A stretch of DNA of 54,350 nt, the filler included, from Sphacelaria rigidula (taxonomy: Eukaryota), in assembly GCA_964200075.2 (NCBI GenBank). It is 4 parts of 4 records of this genome, joined end to end, with 100 filler letters (N's around TTAATTAATTAA, not from the genome) between each part and the next. Parts side by side here need not be neighbours in the genome. Positions count along the whole stretch, not along the records: positions 27,229 to 40,740 come from CAXNAA020002838.1; positions 40,841 to 54,350 come from CAXNAA020002839.1; 2 more parts are not named here. One strand, 5' to 3'. The number at the start of each line of letters is the position of its first letter. The first letter of the stretch is position 1. This document shows positions 37,652 through 49,721 of this stretch, in pieces. The notes beneath the pieces are model-generated. The model saw nothing but the letters and a program-made list of their open reading frames with translations. It was not told where the DNA came from and made no database searches. The position numbers and the translations under genes were made by a program.

Positions 37652-37735
37652 ATGCCTCGGAAAGATGATTCGGCGGACCTGACGCGAATAGCCATCGTGA
37701 ATAAGGATAAGTGCAAGCCGAAGAAGTGTCGACAG
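37652..37735 (+). CDS. ABCE1: ABCE1/RLI1 ribosome-recycling ATPase, exon 1
   Basis: MPRKDDSADLTRIAIVNKDKCKPKKCRQ then |GTACG (phase 0). Matches the conserved ABCE1 N-terminus (LTRIAIV..DKCKPKKCRQ). Confidence 0.97.
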
Positions 37736-38667
37736 GTACGCGCGTGTGTTGTAGTTGGCGAACACGACTAAAACTACGCATACAAAATGTCTTTGGTCGA
37801 ATACACCGTGAGGTGACGGCATGCATGTTCTGGGCTGATGCCGCAACAACCCCCCCAGGAACGTTGCTGTTTTGAGGAGGCAAGATCCATGTGTAGATGA
37901 AAGTTACAGAAGCCGAGCACACAGAGCTTTCGGTTATATCGCCCGTATGAGGCGCCTCATGCAGTCTGAAACCAGCTATCATGCACTGTATGACCATATT
38001 ATTCGTGGCAGTTGTGAAGCTGGTTTGGGGGGGAGGGGGGTGCTCTCGCGGCATCACGCTCTGGTGGAGCTCGAATCGGTCGAAATCGGCTTGCGATTTC
38101 AGCTCAAACACACGACCTGGGCAAGCTGAGGAGCGAGCGCCCTTGGGAATATCAACCGTCTGACAGTCCGGATTTTGTGAAGCAACGATACTGTGAGAGT
38201 ATCGGCCCACCATCAAGAAAGTGACCTTGAAGAAGACGAGGCTGTGAGATTAAAAAACAATTAAGAAGGTCCTCAGACTGGGCACCGCATAAGTATGGTT
38301 TAAACTGTTGAAAACAGTGAGACCTCCCGCTCGTATAGCAAGAAAAAAGTCAGGCTAAACTTGTTTTCTGGTTTCTTGATAGCGGACCGATTTCGTATCT
38401 CAACTACGGATTTTTGGGTAAACACACATGACATACGGTAGAGACTGCTGATATGAAAATGCACCAGGCATTCTTGTGTATGAAACCGCGTGTTTCCCGT
38501 CGCGTTGTTTCCGATGTCTCCTCTAACATGATTACACAACACATGTCGATCTTGTGACTGCGAATGCGTCGTGGCGAATTATTCAAGGTGACTCCATCCG
38601 TGGAAAGCACGTTCGTGATGTTGTCGACGTTCCTGTGGTTCGTATTTTCAGTTTCCTTGGCAGTTAA

Positions 38668-39392
38668 CCGTTTGACAGCGAGCGTCGCTCGGTGGAACAG
38701 TTTCACAGGCTGACAGTCCGCAGACATTCGGGGTTTCCAGTGGCCGGGGGGGTTAGTTTTTGACGGGGGGGTGTCTGTCCGTAGATCAGCCGAAAAACTC
38801 ACCAAGTCAACCATGTGTCTGTGGGAGTTTCCCGCGGAATTTTATAAGCCAGGAACGAGACCCGAGAGGCGCGGAATGACCATTCTGACCAATGACGGTC
38901 GTCAAAATGAGCACATGGTTCCCCTACGGGTAGACTACTTCGCTGTCTACTGGCATTTTTTATTCTGGGCAAGGCAATTCAACCATAGATTACATAGATG
39001 AAAAATAGTTGTGTCGTACTCTGCTCGACGTCTGGGCCGCCTGTCCGACGCCTCATGTGTTGCTAGCATAGCTTCACACTGTAGTGTTCTTGAACACTAA
39101 GCAGAGGCATCAGCGGCATACCGTAAATTGTGTCCAGTCGAGAGCGATGGCGCATTTATACTGTCTTGCCGTTGTATCCAGCGAAGACACAGAGCACACA
39201 TACTTACTCTGTACGCATTCGACTGCAGGATCGAAACTGGTCAAGCTCCCCCGGGACTCTTTCTACGGAGATGCCAAATATCCACATGTTCATGATTGAG
39301 GCGTTTTGTGTAGCGAGGAAAAAGCAGTTCTGAGCCCCAAACGTGACAAAGTCCAACTCAGTCGACATGAGGGGGGGGTCGCCGTCTAAGGT
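38668..39392 (+). mobile_element. piggyBac-like family A copy in ABCE1 intron 1 (TTAA TSD)
   Basis: TTAA|CCGTTTGACAGC...GCCGTCTAAGGT|TTAA; colinear with 9350-10641 but about 570 bp shorter internally. Confidence 0.85.
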
Positions 39393-39918
39393 TTAATCAA
39401 CTCCGTTCTACCTTCTCGGTTTTTCTTCACTTTTCTTCAACAAGTGTCTCCGTTTTGTTTTTGTCTCGAGTACGTCTTTCATATCATGTGGATAATGACC
39501 ACGACTGTATCCTCCAGGCGGATCAGTTAAGGTCATACAAAAAATAAAATCTATCAATCAGACAGAACTGTAGAGAATTTCGTAAAGCGCTTTATTGTCA
39601 TTTCAGAGTGCAAATGTTTCATGATTAGAGTGTAACGAAAAATTATTCCCCCCTCCGTCTAATGTGGTATCCCCTCAACTTTTTCTCGTTGATTTATTTT
39701 ATTTTATTCTAGACTCTGATCCTGAGATATCTGCACTCTGAAATGACAAGAACACGTTTTTCCAAACTCTCTAATATCCGCAAGATCCTTCTACACAACC
39801 AACAACAACAACTCTTCTACACAACAACTTGCTAGCTGTCTGTGGGCACCAAGGAGGGACTGACCCCATGCAGGACGTGTCAACCCGTGTGTGCTCCACG
39901 CTACTGCGGTAGATCCCC

Positions 39919-40210
39919 GAACCAAGAGTGTACAACTATCATGGAGCACCCACACAGCACACAGTACCCGCGGTCGCTAGTCTTCCGTGGGCCCATAATT
40001 TTATCGAAGCGAAGTAACATGACCTAAAATCAGACAAAAACTACAGGGATGCAAGAAGTTGAACCCAAACTCTACAGCTATCATAGAGCACCCAACACAG
40101 CATATATAATGGCACCCGCGGTCGCTGGTTTTCCATGGGAGCACAGTTTTATCGAAGCAAAGTAACATGGTGACCTGAAATCACACGAAAAATACAGGAA
40201 TGCAAGAAGT
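39919..40210 (+). repeat. About 145-bp tandem duplication spanning the ABCE1 intron 1 / exon 2 junction
   Basis: 39919-40059 versus 40061-40210; both end in TACAG|G(G/A)ATGCAAGAAGT. Confidence 0.88.
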
Positions 40211-40320
40211 CGTGCCCTGTGGTGCGCATGGGAAAGCTGTGCATGGAGGTGGAGAAGACCAGCCCCATGGTGTACATCTCGGAAACGCTGTGCATTGGGT
40301 GCGGTATCTGCGTCAAGAAG
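40198..40320 (+). CDS. ABCE1: ABCE1/RLI1, exon 2 (4Fe-4S domain); the rest of the gene is beyond the contig end
   Basis: tacag|[46 protein letters not shown], in frame with exon 1; CIGCGICxKK Fe-S motif. Confidence 0.97.
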
Positions 40321-40740
40321 GTGCGAGGGGGTTACTTTGTCTACGTTTTCTCGTTTTCGTTTCTGTTGTTGTTCGGCACCATAGTGGAAGTCAAAGGTTG
40401 TACAGCCGAACGTTAGCTACGGCGGGCTAGGTGGGGATTCGGATCCCGACATATTCATGTTTTTTTTTACAGAGATGTGGTTCCCGTTGTCGACGGCGTG
40501 AGAGCCCGAGTGGTGAAATAGGAAGCTGGTTAGAGTGGACGGGCTGCAGCAGTGCTAGTACAATACTCGATCACGAGTGCAAGGGACGCACTGTGCCGGG
40601 AGGGGATGATGGGGAGATCCATTGAGATGACGGCAGAGAGTAGCTGGGGGGGGGGGGGGGGGGATCCCAAGAGAGGGGTTCCAAGCCCGGGCTTCCCGGG
40701 GGAATCATGATTTTTGCGGTCGTTTTCCGGGGTCTGAAAA

Positions 40741-40840
40741 NNNNNNNNNNNNNNNNNNNNNNNNNNNNNNNNNNNNNNNNNNNNTTAATTAATTAANNNN
40801 NNNNNNNNNNNNNNNNNNNNNNNNNNNNNNNNNNNNNNNN
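40741..40840. other. Artificial contig spacer (N44-TTAATTAATTAA-N44)
   Basis: Same 100-bp linker. Confidence 0.98.
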
Positions 40841-40928
40841 GATTGTTCGGCCCGAAGCCTACTGGTTATCTTGCATTTGGATGACAGCCTACAATGAGTT
40901 GCTTTATTTTCTGGTGTCACTATTTCCA
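40841..40928 (-). mobile_element. Fragment of the repeat family at 44725-45395
   Basis: Direct diverged copy of 45280-45367 (GATTGTTCGGCCCGAAGCCTAC...ATTTCCAG). Confidence 0.8.
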
Positions 40929-41122
40929 GAGACAGCCACGGCTTATAAACTACCTCATGGGTGCGTCACCTGTTCGGGGGCGGGGGGAGGGTCAAGTTCT
41001 TTACTTCAACCGGGACGGGTTATTCGTGCTCTTGTTCTCCTTTTTGTTCCTGTCCTTCTTTATTTGTATATATAGTCATGTCTCGTTTTTGTGCCTCGTT
41101 TTTGTTCAGTTTACCCTCTTCA

Positions 41123-41365
41123 AGAGTCGTGCTACGGTAGGGGTGCATCAACGTTTTTCTGGGTCGACGTACTGGAGTTAGATACAGACGCTCGCGCACT
41201 CGCACTAGTGCAGCCATGACAAAGTTGCGCCCGAACGTAAGTTGATCCTCTCACGAGCAAACATTAAAAATTGTGAAAAATATCGTTGTGTCGTTTCAAA
41301 ATAGAGTGAAAATATCTCGGACAAGTTTTGGCCAAACACGTGCACCCATTCCGTAGCGCGATTCT
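41123..41365. mobile_element. MITE with family-C TIRs
   Basis: CA|AGAGTCGTGCTACGGTAGGGGTGCA...TGCACCCATTCCGTAGCGCGATTCT|CT. Confidence 0.75.
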
Positions 41366-43054
41366 CTCTCTCTCTATATGTATATAAATACATACTTTTT
41401 TGGTATTTTGACCTTCTCCAGGTTTCCTTCATGAGTGCTTCCCCTCTATTTACTTCGGGTACGTTCATCTTGTGGATAATGGCCATGATTGAATACCTCG
41501 GGGATCAGCATAGTTAATGCGCAACAGCCAATCAAACCTATCAATCAAATGTTTTTTTATCTGAGACTTGTTTCATTGGTTATTCTCGGCAACCGTCGGC
41601 CGAGCACATCCAACGTCCTGTATCTGACTCCGGCCCCCCACATTTTCATCGGTGTGTTAGAATATATATATATATATATATATATATACGTGTGTGTATT
41701 CTTATCGATCTGGTCGTATTTACGCGTTACTCGAGCGCAGGAATGACCATAACACGCCGATTGCATCACATCTCGTCCACCCTGTGACGATTAAACGGCG
41801 TCGGGTCAGGCAAGTGCGATTGTGCGAGATCTCGCAGGAAGCCCTTGCTCTCTTCTTTTTCGACTCTTTGCGGTAGGGCCGAAAGAGTCAGTTTTTTACT
41901 GTCAGGCGTTTACCCCTGTATGATATTTCTCACCCGCAATCTGCGATATATCACGCAGTTTTACGTACCGCCTACTCCGGGGGAGAGGAGGAGGCGGAGA
42001 AGGGGGGGGGGGGGGTCTTTTGGAGAAAGGTTTGAAGTACGGCTCTGTGTACAGCAGTCTACCGAAGGAAACACCGACACGTTTCTTCCAAGTTGTTTTC
42101 AAAACAGGGCGACGCAAGATGTGCCCGTGAGAGAATTCATAATACTGTGCTTGGAAATAGATGCACCGTATCGAAACAAACGATTTTGTTTCTGGCGATG
42201 AACATCCAACTAGCTCGACCCGGAGGCAAGGAACTGACAGGGGACTCCCCCCGCAGCACTAGTCGGGTCCAACGCTTTGCCAGTTTCACCGAACGAGCGG
42301 GATGCAGTTTGATCAACGTGATATGGCCGTCCCCGCACTCCGAACAAAGTACAATACCTCAGGACAATCCATTTCGGGGCTAAGGTGTTACTGCTCACTA
42401 GCCCAACCAAAATCGCCGAACAGAAACTCATTCACCCGACAGCACTTCCGCCTCCTTTCCCGGTGGTCTGCCGCTGAGAGAATCTCGTAGCAAAGACTGC
42501 AATGACTACCTTGCGGCAAAAGAGAGATACTGGTAGATAAAGGCAACCCTTGAGAAGATACGCCGCCGTATAGGGATCCAAGGATAGATCTCTATCCACA
42601 TGATAGTAGAAAAAACTCACTGATGAAAGTGAAGAGCGTCACTTCCTTGCGTTGTTCTGAGGTCGTATCACCACCTGGTAGGGTAGAACTTTCGAAGAAA
42701 TTTATGACTGAGATAACGCTAACCCTCACCCTTATTCCAACGAAGGCATACTGAGATCCCTCGGGCAAGGGGGGTGCAAAGTGTTCCCTAGGCAGTGCGT
42801 GCATCGGTACACCTAAAATCGGTACGACAGGTGCCGATTCAGACAAAAACACGTTCTGCGCACCCTACTTGGGACTGTCAGCACCACTAAAGATCCAAAT
42901 TTCGGTTTCAACGCTCAAATCAAGGAATAACATTCCGCGGAAGTTTTATCCTACCAAGTGGTGGTGTCTACTGGTTGTTTTTTGCTTGGCTTACTTGGCG
43001 GGCTATTCGTCATTCGACCAGCATCAACTCACGGCGTACGGTATCCCATCTTAC

Positions 43055-43252
43055 CCAACGTTCAGGGGGAACAGGATCCACATCGGTGGAATCACCGGAA
43101 ACTACCCCACGATCATCAGGCGGCTGCTGCTGCTGTGCTGGTCGCTTCTGTCTTGGCACAAATACCCTACACAAGGGATTTCCATCTTCGTCGGCGGCGA
43201 CATCCTCGAAGAGGAGGGAACTTGCACTACTGCTCCCCTTATCACTTTTTCC
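43055..43252 (-). CDS. Calpain/androglobin-like protein, exon 5
   Basis: catcttcccag|GKSDKGSSSASSLLFEDVAADEDGNPLCRVFVP..PPERW|GTAAGA (phase 0/0); continues the K/G-rich linker of exon 4. Confidence 0.7.
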
Positions 43253-44080
43253 CTGGGAAGATGGACAGTACGAACAAAATGGGTACGCGGGCCAGGTCAA
43301 AGGTTAACATTTTCCCGCGTGATCTTCACTGCAGGAAGTCTATCTACATATATGTATGTGTTCTCGATACCCTATTAACTCTGGAAGAGCCTGCAAATGG
43401 GTAAATGTGGCTGATAAATCGTTAATCGAGTGATAATGATACCGATATAGGACGGAGCTGAAACGTACGAAAAAATGATAAAAAACAAAATACACTTCTT
43501 TTTTTAATAAGTAGGGTCGCTATACTGTACAGCCGACCAAAGTGGAACCAAAAATCCGGAAAAGAACGATATCATTTTTGCCAACAAACACGAGGATCAC
43601 ATTCCTATTCAATAATCCTGAGCTCTGGTCGTCTTTTTTCGAACAATTTCAAATCTTTTGTTTTCAATTTATTTCTTACAAATACCCGAAACACGCCAAA
43701 CATTGAACCCGACTATTTAAAATAATATAAGACTGTACCGCATATTTATACAGTATGTTTTGCAGACCATCACATGCGACCAAGCATTCCACCGTACTCG
43801 GCACAGCTCTAGTTACGGGATGTCTCATAGGGACCATCGCCGGAGATGTGCAACAAAACTATTTGTGTCTTGCATGTGGTAAATGCGCTTTCGGCCGTAC
43901 ATGAAAAACATCTCCCGGCATTCACAATTTCTTTTCACGTCCATGAGAGAGAGTTGTCTTCCTTCCAGGGTTATGAACAACTACAGTACCATATCGAGTG
44001 TCTACCTCAATAAACTGTAAAATCCGACTACGATAGTGCACAAAAATCAAACCAACGATTGAAAACGGATCCAGTCTTGC

Positions 44081-44163
44081 CTTCTGTTTACCCTTTCCCT
44101 TATCACCGGGCCCGGAAGCTTTTGGCTTCCCACCGCCGCCGCCTTGAGTAACCTCAGCAGCAT
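44081..44163 (-). CDS. Calpain/androglobin-like protein, exon 4 (GC donor)
   Basis: tccacag|AT (phase 1, matches exon 3) DAAEVTQGGGGGKPKASGPGDKGKGKQK|GCAAGA. Confidence 0.65.
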
Positions 44164-44724
44164 CTGTGGATAACGGCACACCAAGGATTTACACCAGGGT
44201 ACAAACAGGTTATTTTTCTTCACAGTGTGTTGTGCTTGAAAGGTGGGAAAATACCCAACGATAACCAAGTGAGTGGAAACTGTGTACTCCACTCCCCGCG
44301 TGAAAGCACAAGGCAAGAACCGCGGTCTCGTATCCGCGACCTTCGGCATACCAGATCCCGTAAAAAATTAGAAAAGGTGGCAAGGTCGGCACGTGAACAG
44401 CGGAAAACAAACTCGAGACTAGAAAAAAGTGTGCTACATACGTTTTGCTTTGTCTTGTTTCTCGAAGACGCAACAGTAATTGTTTGAGTGAGGCCAGAGC
44501 ATTCTAGAAACGTTCCTCTACTCCCATCCCGCCAAGCACAGCAACACGTGTACCGCGCAGGAGGCGGCAGCCGCGCCCTCGGAGGTCACAATGGTATTCG
44601 TTTCGGCGCACTTTCAATCTATCCCCTTCGCCGGGACAAGCCCATGGTCTCGAGGGATCAACCCGTTCCTCCCCCGGTACGGCACGTGCCGGAAATTTTG
44701 GTATCGCGGATGGGATGATGACCA

Positions 44725-45395
44725 TCATCTCTCCCGCTCCGCGTCGACTCTCGTCAGAAAATCACCACTTGCTGCACACGCCCTCATGTTTTCAAAGACG
44801 AAATCAGACACATCTTTGTGGGGGAAAGCCCTCTGTATCCGTCGGGAATCGAACTCGTAATTTGCCGACGTAACGGCTTGCAGGTGTACCATTTGACCAC
44901 CAAGGCGCGGCAGATCAGTTGATCCAAACCCCGACACTCCCGATCAATCTTTTTGATGTCCGTTGCGGCACGTGAAAAGACGAAAGTCAACGGGCTACGG
45001 GAGTGATCATGATCCATTGCTCGAGCAACAGACGGAGAAGTAGGTACCGGGTGAGAAATGGGTTGATCCCTCAGGCCTCCGAATTCGTCCCGAGGAGGGG
45101 TGGGGGGCGTACTCATAATCATGCATACCGTAGTCATGGGACCATTGACCTCGCATCCTTATAAAGCCGGGACGGAGCACGCCGGATTTTCGCCGGACCA
45201 GGCTCGCAATCAATCTCCAAGCGCGAAGCGCCGTGGTGTGTTCGGCGAGTGGCATAAAGGGTGAGCTGCATCCTGGTAAGATTGTTCGGCCCGAAGCCTA
45301 CGGATTATATTGCATTTGGCTAACAGCCTCCAATGAGCTGCTTCATTTTCTGGTATCGCCATTTCCAGGGGGGGGAAGTCCAACGAACAAAACGT
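44725..45395 (-). mobile_element. Degenerate multicopy coding remnant, probably retrotransposon (gag-region-like), in intron 3
   Basis: Frameshifted protein-like reading (WRLLAKCNIIRRLRAEQSY..MPLAEHTTALRAWRLIASLVRR..SANYEFDSRRIQRAFPHKDVSDFVFENMRACAA). Homologous pieces sit at two contig starts (13615, 40841). Superfamily not established. Confidence 0.55.
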
Positions 45396-46158
45396 ACAGA
45401 GTAGGAGCCACAAAATAGGACTGTGTTCACGCCCATAGTCTTCTATCGAGCACTATACATGAATCAGAATTCTGCAGTTGCCCCGGAGGATTGTTAGTTC
45501 GGCTATGCACCGTACCCGAAACTTTAAGTCGGACTATTTTTCAAAGTTGTTCGGTCACATACACGTTTATGGTTGCACTTGGAGTTTCAGCCGTCTGTGC
45601 GCCAATACTGTGCAAAGCATTGCCCAGCACGCAGCATCCTTTCAGCGGGTTAACGGAACAGCGACACTCACGCATACATAACCTTCACTAACGCGAGGCA
45701 AAAACGCGTGCTCGGTATTGTTCTGGCTCATACGCACTCGTGAGCAATGAACTCACGTCATATCTCGAGTACAACACGAAAGTTTGTGCGATGTTGATAC
45801 CTCGTCTGAGTTCGAGGCTAACACAAACAGTTTTTTACCTTTTGTGTCACGCCCTAGATATCCCTGGGTGATCGCGTAGGGATCTTCAAACCATTCACGC
45901 AAGATTTATGAAGTCGCAAACGACAAAACCACCACCCACACAATGTCTGATAGAATCATAGCCGCCAATTATCCTGCAATCGTCGTCTTACCAGTACGGT
46001 ACTGCAGGGCGTATTGCCCACCTTTGCCAGCTTCGGTCTGTGACACCGATAGTCACAGCCCGTATTAACCTCCATTACCATAGATCGGTTTGACCACGCC
46101 CACTGCAACTTGGCACTGCTCGAACGCGCATCCGCATTTTCTACCAGATCACTTTCAC

Positions 46159-46296
46159 CTGGAGTCGCATTTTTTGGCAAGAGATCCTTAGCTCTGACCC
46201 ACGACACTGTCCTCGGGGAAATACTGGGCGGCAAAGTGGACTGGTTCTCCGGATCTTCGAACGGGTTTTCTGCGCCCAACCCCCAGTCTTCTTCTC
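46159..46296 (-). CDS. Calpain/androglobin-like protein, exon 3
   Basis: ccag|..EEDWGLGAENPFEDPENQSTLPPSISPRTVSWVRAKDLLPKNATP G|GTGAAA. FEDPE..LPPS..SW.R..D resembles the start of the calpain catalytic domain, notably androglobin (recalled as FEDPEGKIELPPSLK..SWKRPQD). Confidence 0.7.
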
Positions 46297-46456
46297 CTGG
46301 TTATCCCTCAGAAATGACAGAGTAGGCGAGAGGAAAACATGTGAACACTGATTATCCTGTACAAAACATCGTATGACTCTCACACCAATTTGTGGTATTA
46401 ATGCGTCAACGTCTTCTCTTACGCGTGACTGATCTCCGATTTCTAGCATCTCATAC

Positions 46457-46476
46457 TCGTTGCCGACTCTCCAAAT
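46457..46476 (-). CDS. Calpain/androglobin-like protein, predicted 20-nt microexon 2
   Basis: Pyrimidine tract + AAG|ATTTGGAGAGTCGGCAACGA|GTATGA. It is the only stop-free candidate I found that converts phase 2 to phase 1 (R-FGESAT-R). Confidence 0.45.
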
Positions 46477-46753
46477 CTTCGGGGGGAACGGACAAAATAT
46501 CGAGGATTATACACCATGCGAAGATTGGATGCACGCAAGTATTTGCGGACGGCGGAATGAAATTCGGATTACATCGGCCGCCGCGCCCCGGTTAGTCCGC
46601 CGAGCACACGTCAGGTCGGTGGGGGGGGGAGATGGGGGGCTGAATCCCAGCAGATATCTACCTCCCATCGTTGAAGACGCGAGGACGTGAGTAGCAAAGA
46701 AAATGTTCGACATGGTGCAAAAATACTGATCCAATCCACCACACTAAAATATC

Positions 46754-47639
46754 TAGAGTTGTGAACTGGCTGCCAGTTTAAGTGACCAGTTGCAGTTAAC
46801 TGATACAACTGGTTAACTGATCGGTTTTGTAACCAGTTGAACCAGTTATTTCATCCGATATATATATGACATACTCCAAACTGCTTTGTATACACATGTG
46901 TCATACTCAAGTCAATATTTCTCAAGTGGTGTACTACAATGATCGTGAGGACCCTGTTACAGAGGCGAGCACATGACCGCACCGTGCACACACCTAGACG
47001 TAGACACGAATATCGTAGAAAATATATTCTGAAAAAAAAAATAGAGATTAGGCACGGAAAGTTGTTGATTGAGCGGATCTGAAATGTGAAGCAAGCCTGA
47101 ATGCGTTTCGTAGCGTTGTTGTGTGTGCTTCGGTTATTTTCTGTCGACATCAAGCGTTGAGCGTTCAGTAGTGGCTGATCAATGTGATACCGGAGCATGA
47201 GGAAGAGTCGATATTTCTGTTGAACGTTCCTGGCTGATGAAGTCACACTCAATAATGGTTACCAAGTTGTCGTGCTACTAGGAAATTCCTGGCACTTGGG
47301 GAGTACACGCGGAACGCATACATGCTGCGCTACTATCTCACCGCTTCGTTTTTTCAATTCACGTCGCAAAGTTCAGTAATAATTCCTTTTCCCCCATATA
47401 TTTTGTGCACCGAATACGTGCTCGAATTGCCCGTGCTAGGCGGGTAGAATTCACCGCGATTTCGAAGCAATGTGAAGAAAAATGGCGTCATTTTCTTGCC
47501 TCCGGCGGAGCCCCGTCACCAGCCCGCAGGGGGCTTTTACGCCACTTCGCCGCCATTGTCCAGTATTAACTGATAACTGTAACTGGTTGTATTTTTTTGC
47601 AATCAGTTAACTGGTTAGCAAAACCAGTTCACAACTCTT
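46754..47639. mobile_element. Non-autonomous hAT element (perfect 8-bp TSD AAAATATC)
   Basis: AAAATATC|TAGAGTTGTGAACTGG...CCAGTTCACAACTCTT|AAAATATC; subterminal AACTG/CAGTT repeats; lies in intron 1 of the calpain-like gene. Confidence 0.9.
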
Positions 47640-49721
47640 AAAATATCAGGTTGATATCTTGAGAATACGAACTTGTCCGGAGAAAGGGGAGGGTTTCGAA
47701 GTATGACGGGGGGGGGAGGAATGTACGGCAACTGAACCCATACGGCAGGGTGTTGGGGATGTCCATAAACCGCTTTGGCGAAAACCACCGAAGCCAGTAT
47801 GGGCCAGTATGGTCTCCAAATATTGACGTATTGTTCCAGGCTGTCTCTTTGAAACAGGCGTAAGAGGTGTACGATTATGTGGGCGGTGAATGAGTTTCTG
47901 GTTAAAGAGCGTCTCTCTCTGTTCCTGCTTACGAAAAACTTGCCAACGTCGTCTTGTTGGCTTCGCACCGAGAACCGACCTATGGTGTTGTCGTCTACTA
48001 GATGTAATCGGGTCGTTTTTCATTGCTGTGACCTCACAGTACGAGCGGGGCGCGAGTAGAGCAGCAAGCAAGGAGGTTCATGGAAATGCTACACGACTCC
48101 ATACACTCTCGATGAGCATCCTACATTGCCGAGCGGTATGTCCACGTGTGATACGTTGATAGTAAGAGCACTCAAAAATAATTTTCCCATATGGAATGAC
48201 GTCTCAAAAAGTGGCCACACTTCGTTCCGCGAATGACTTGAAAAACACCTCCCACCTCAAGTTAGAGTTACTACACTCCTATTACACTGCAGTTTTTTAA
48301 ACAATATTAACCAGCTCTATGAGGCTATCGTCTTTTACAGTTTTTAACGTCGTGCAGTGAAGGCCTCGATGAATCTGTCTCGCTGTTTTTCGGATAGCAT
48401 TGCTTGTAGTTTGATACCCTATCATGTGGCCAAGAGCCAGACTAGCCGATGGTGTCATCAAGGACCGCGCTATTGCAGTACACAAGGTAGTAAGGGACTA
48501 AACCGGCCTGCTGCACTGCCAAGAAATAACGTGGAGGATCGACCTATCGTGCCGTCGACAGAGCCTTGCTAACGGCGTCCTCCATCACACCGTGTCGTGA
48601 AGAACTTGCTCGCCGTGTTTCTAAAAGACCGGACTAGAGTACCGTCGAGTGGGGACAATTGACCGTCTTATCCCAATTTTTCACCCCGAGTATATCGTCG
48701 ATGACTAGATCAACCTATCGCGCTATATATCGAACGGTACGGACGGTATTTCCGTACCCTCTCTCGTCTTGACAAGGGCTAGCGCGAGGAGCCAACCCAT
48801 CTTGTAGCTGCATACTAGAAAACATACTTAATTCGCCCTGCTCAATCGGGCCAACTTCCTGTGCCTTCGAGGACTACATTGGCATATTTTGCCGTGAATA
48901 ATTGCTGGCAAAGTCTTACGGCCAATCATAACCACTACACAGCAAGCTTAAGAACTAACGTTGAGGACTAACCTATATTGTCATCGTCCCACTCTTGGAA
49001 GATGTGGTGAGCAGAAACCACGGGGCGCTCAAGTGGGGGCGCCAGCAGCGTGTCCGCTGGGTCGACGGGTGGTAAAGGCCTGGGCGCAAAGAGACGGGCA
49101 TGCGCTTAGCAGGAATGTTGCTACTTTGTACAGAACAAACGCTTTCGTGCCCGCACGTCAGCGAGCACAGCTGAGCACAGTCGCAAAACACTGATGATGG
49201 TCACCCTCTGTAAGCGAGAAACACACTATGCTGACTGAGTCTTTTACACTGCACTGCATGGGCTAACCATGTGGTGTCTGTTGAGGTCGACGGCGACACC
49301 ATAGCCCGAGCTCTTAATGCCCGGAAAGCAAACAGTAATGTCTTGTGTATCCATCAAGCACGTTGCTGTTTGGAATCGGATTTTTGCCCAGCAAGCTAAC
49401 CACAGGCGTACATTAATTGTCGACCCATTCGGTCGCCTCGGGGAGTATCCCGTTCTCAAGAGTCCTTTCTTAGGCCCGTTTTAGTTTTCAAAGTGAGCCT
49501 CGCCGTTTGGAGTAGGTTTCACGTCGTCTGGTCACCAGTGTGAAAGATTGATGAACATGCACTACACTGATGGCAGTGGATAGTGCATCCTTGACCAACG
49601 AGTGAACTTGATGATGTAAAACACGCTGTCTATCAGCCCCCGGTGCTATACGGCTGCTTGCGGTACTGTGCAACACTGTCTGTGTGCCTCACAGATTCTG
49701 TAAAATAGCCCTAGCCCTTAC

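Noticed and set aside
42620..42965. Next exon of the calpain-like gene (RKFYPTRW / GDTTSEQRKE)
   Set aside because: The phase-0 reading has stops, and the motif recurs inverted at ~42937, indicating a repeat; unresolved.
44598..44630. ABCE1 exon 3 (RFGALSIYPL resembles CPFGALSIVNL)
   Set aside because: Different contig, no phase-0 acceptor, lacks CP, and no further similarity.
49405..49464. Alternative exon 2 of the calpain-like gene (TLENGILPEATEWVDN)
   Set aside because: Purine-rich acceptor and an in-frame TAA before the donor.
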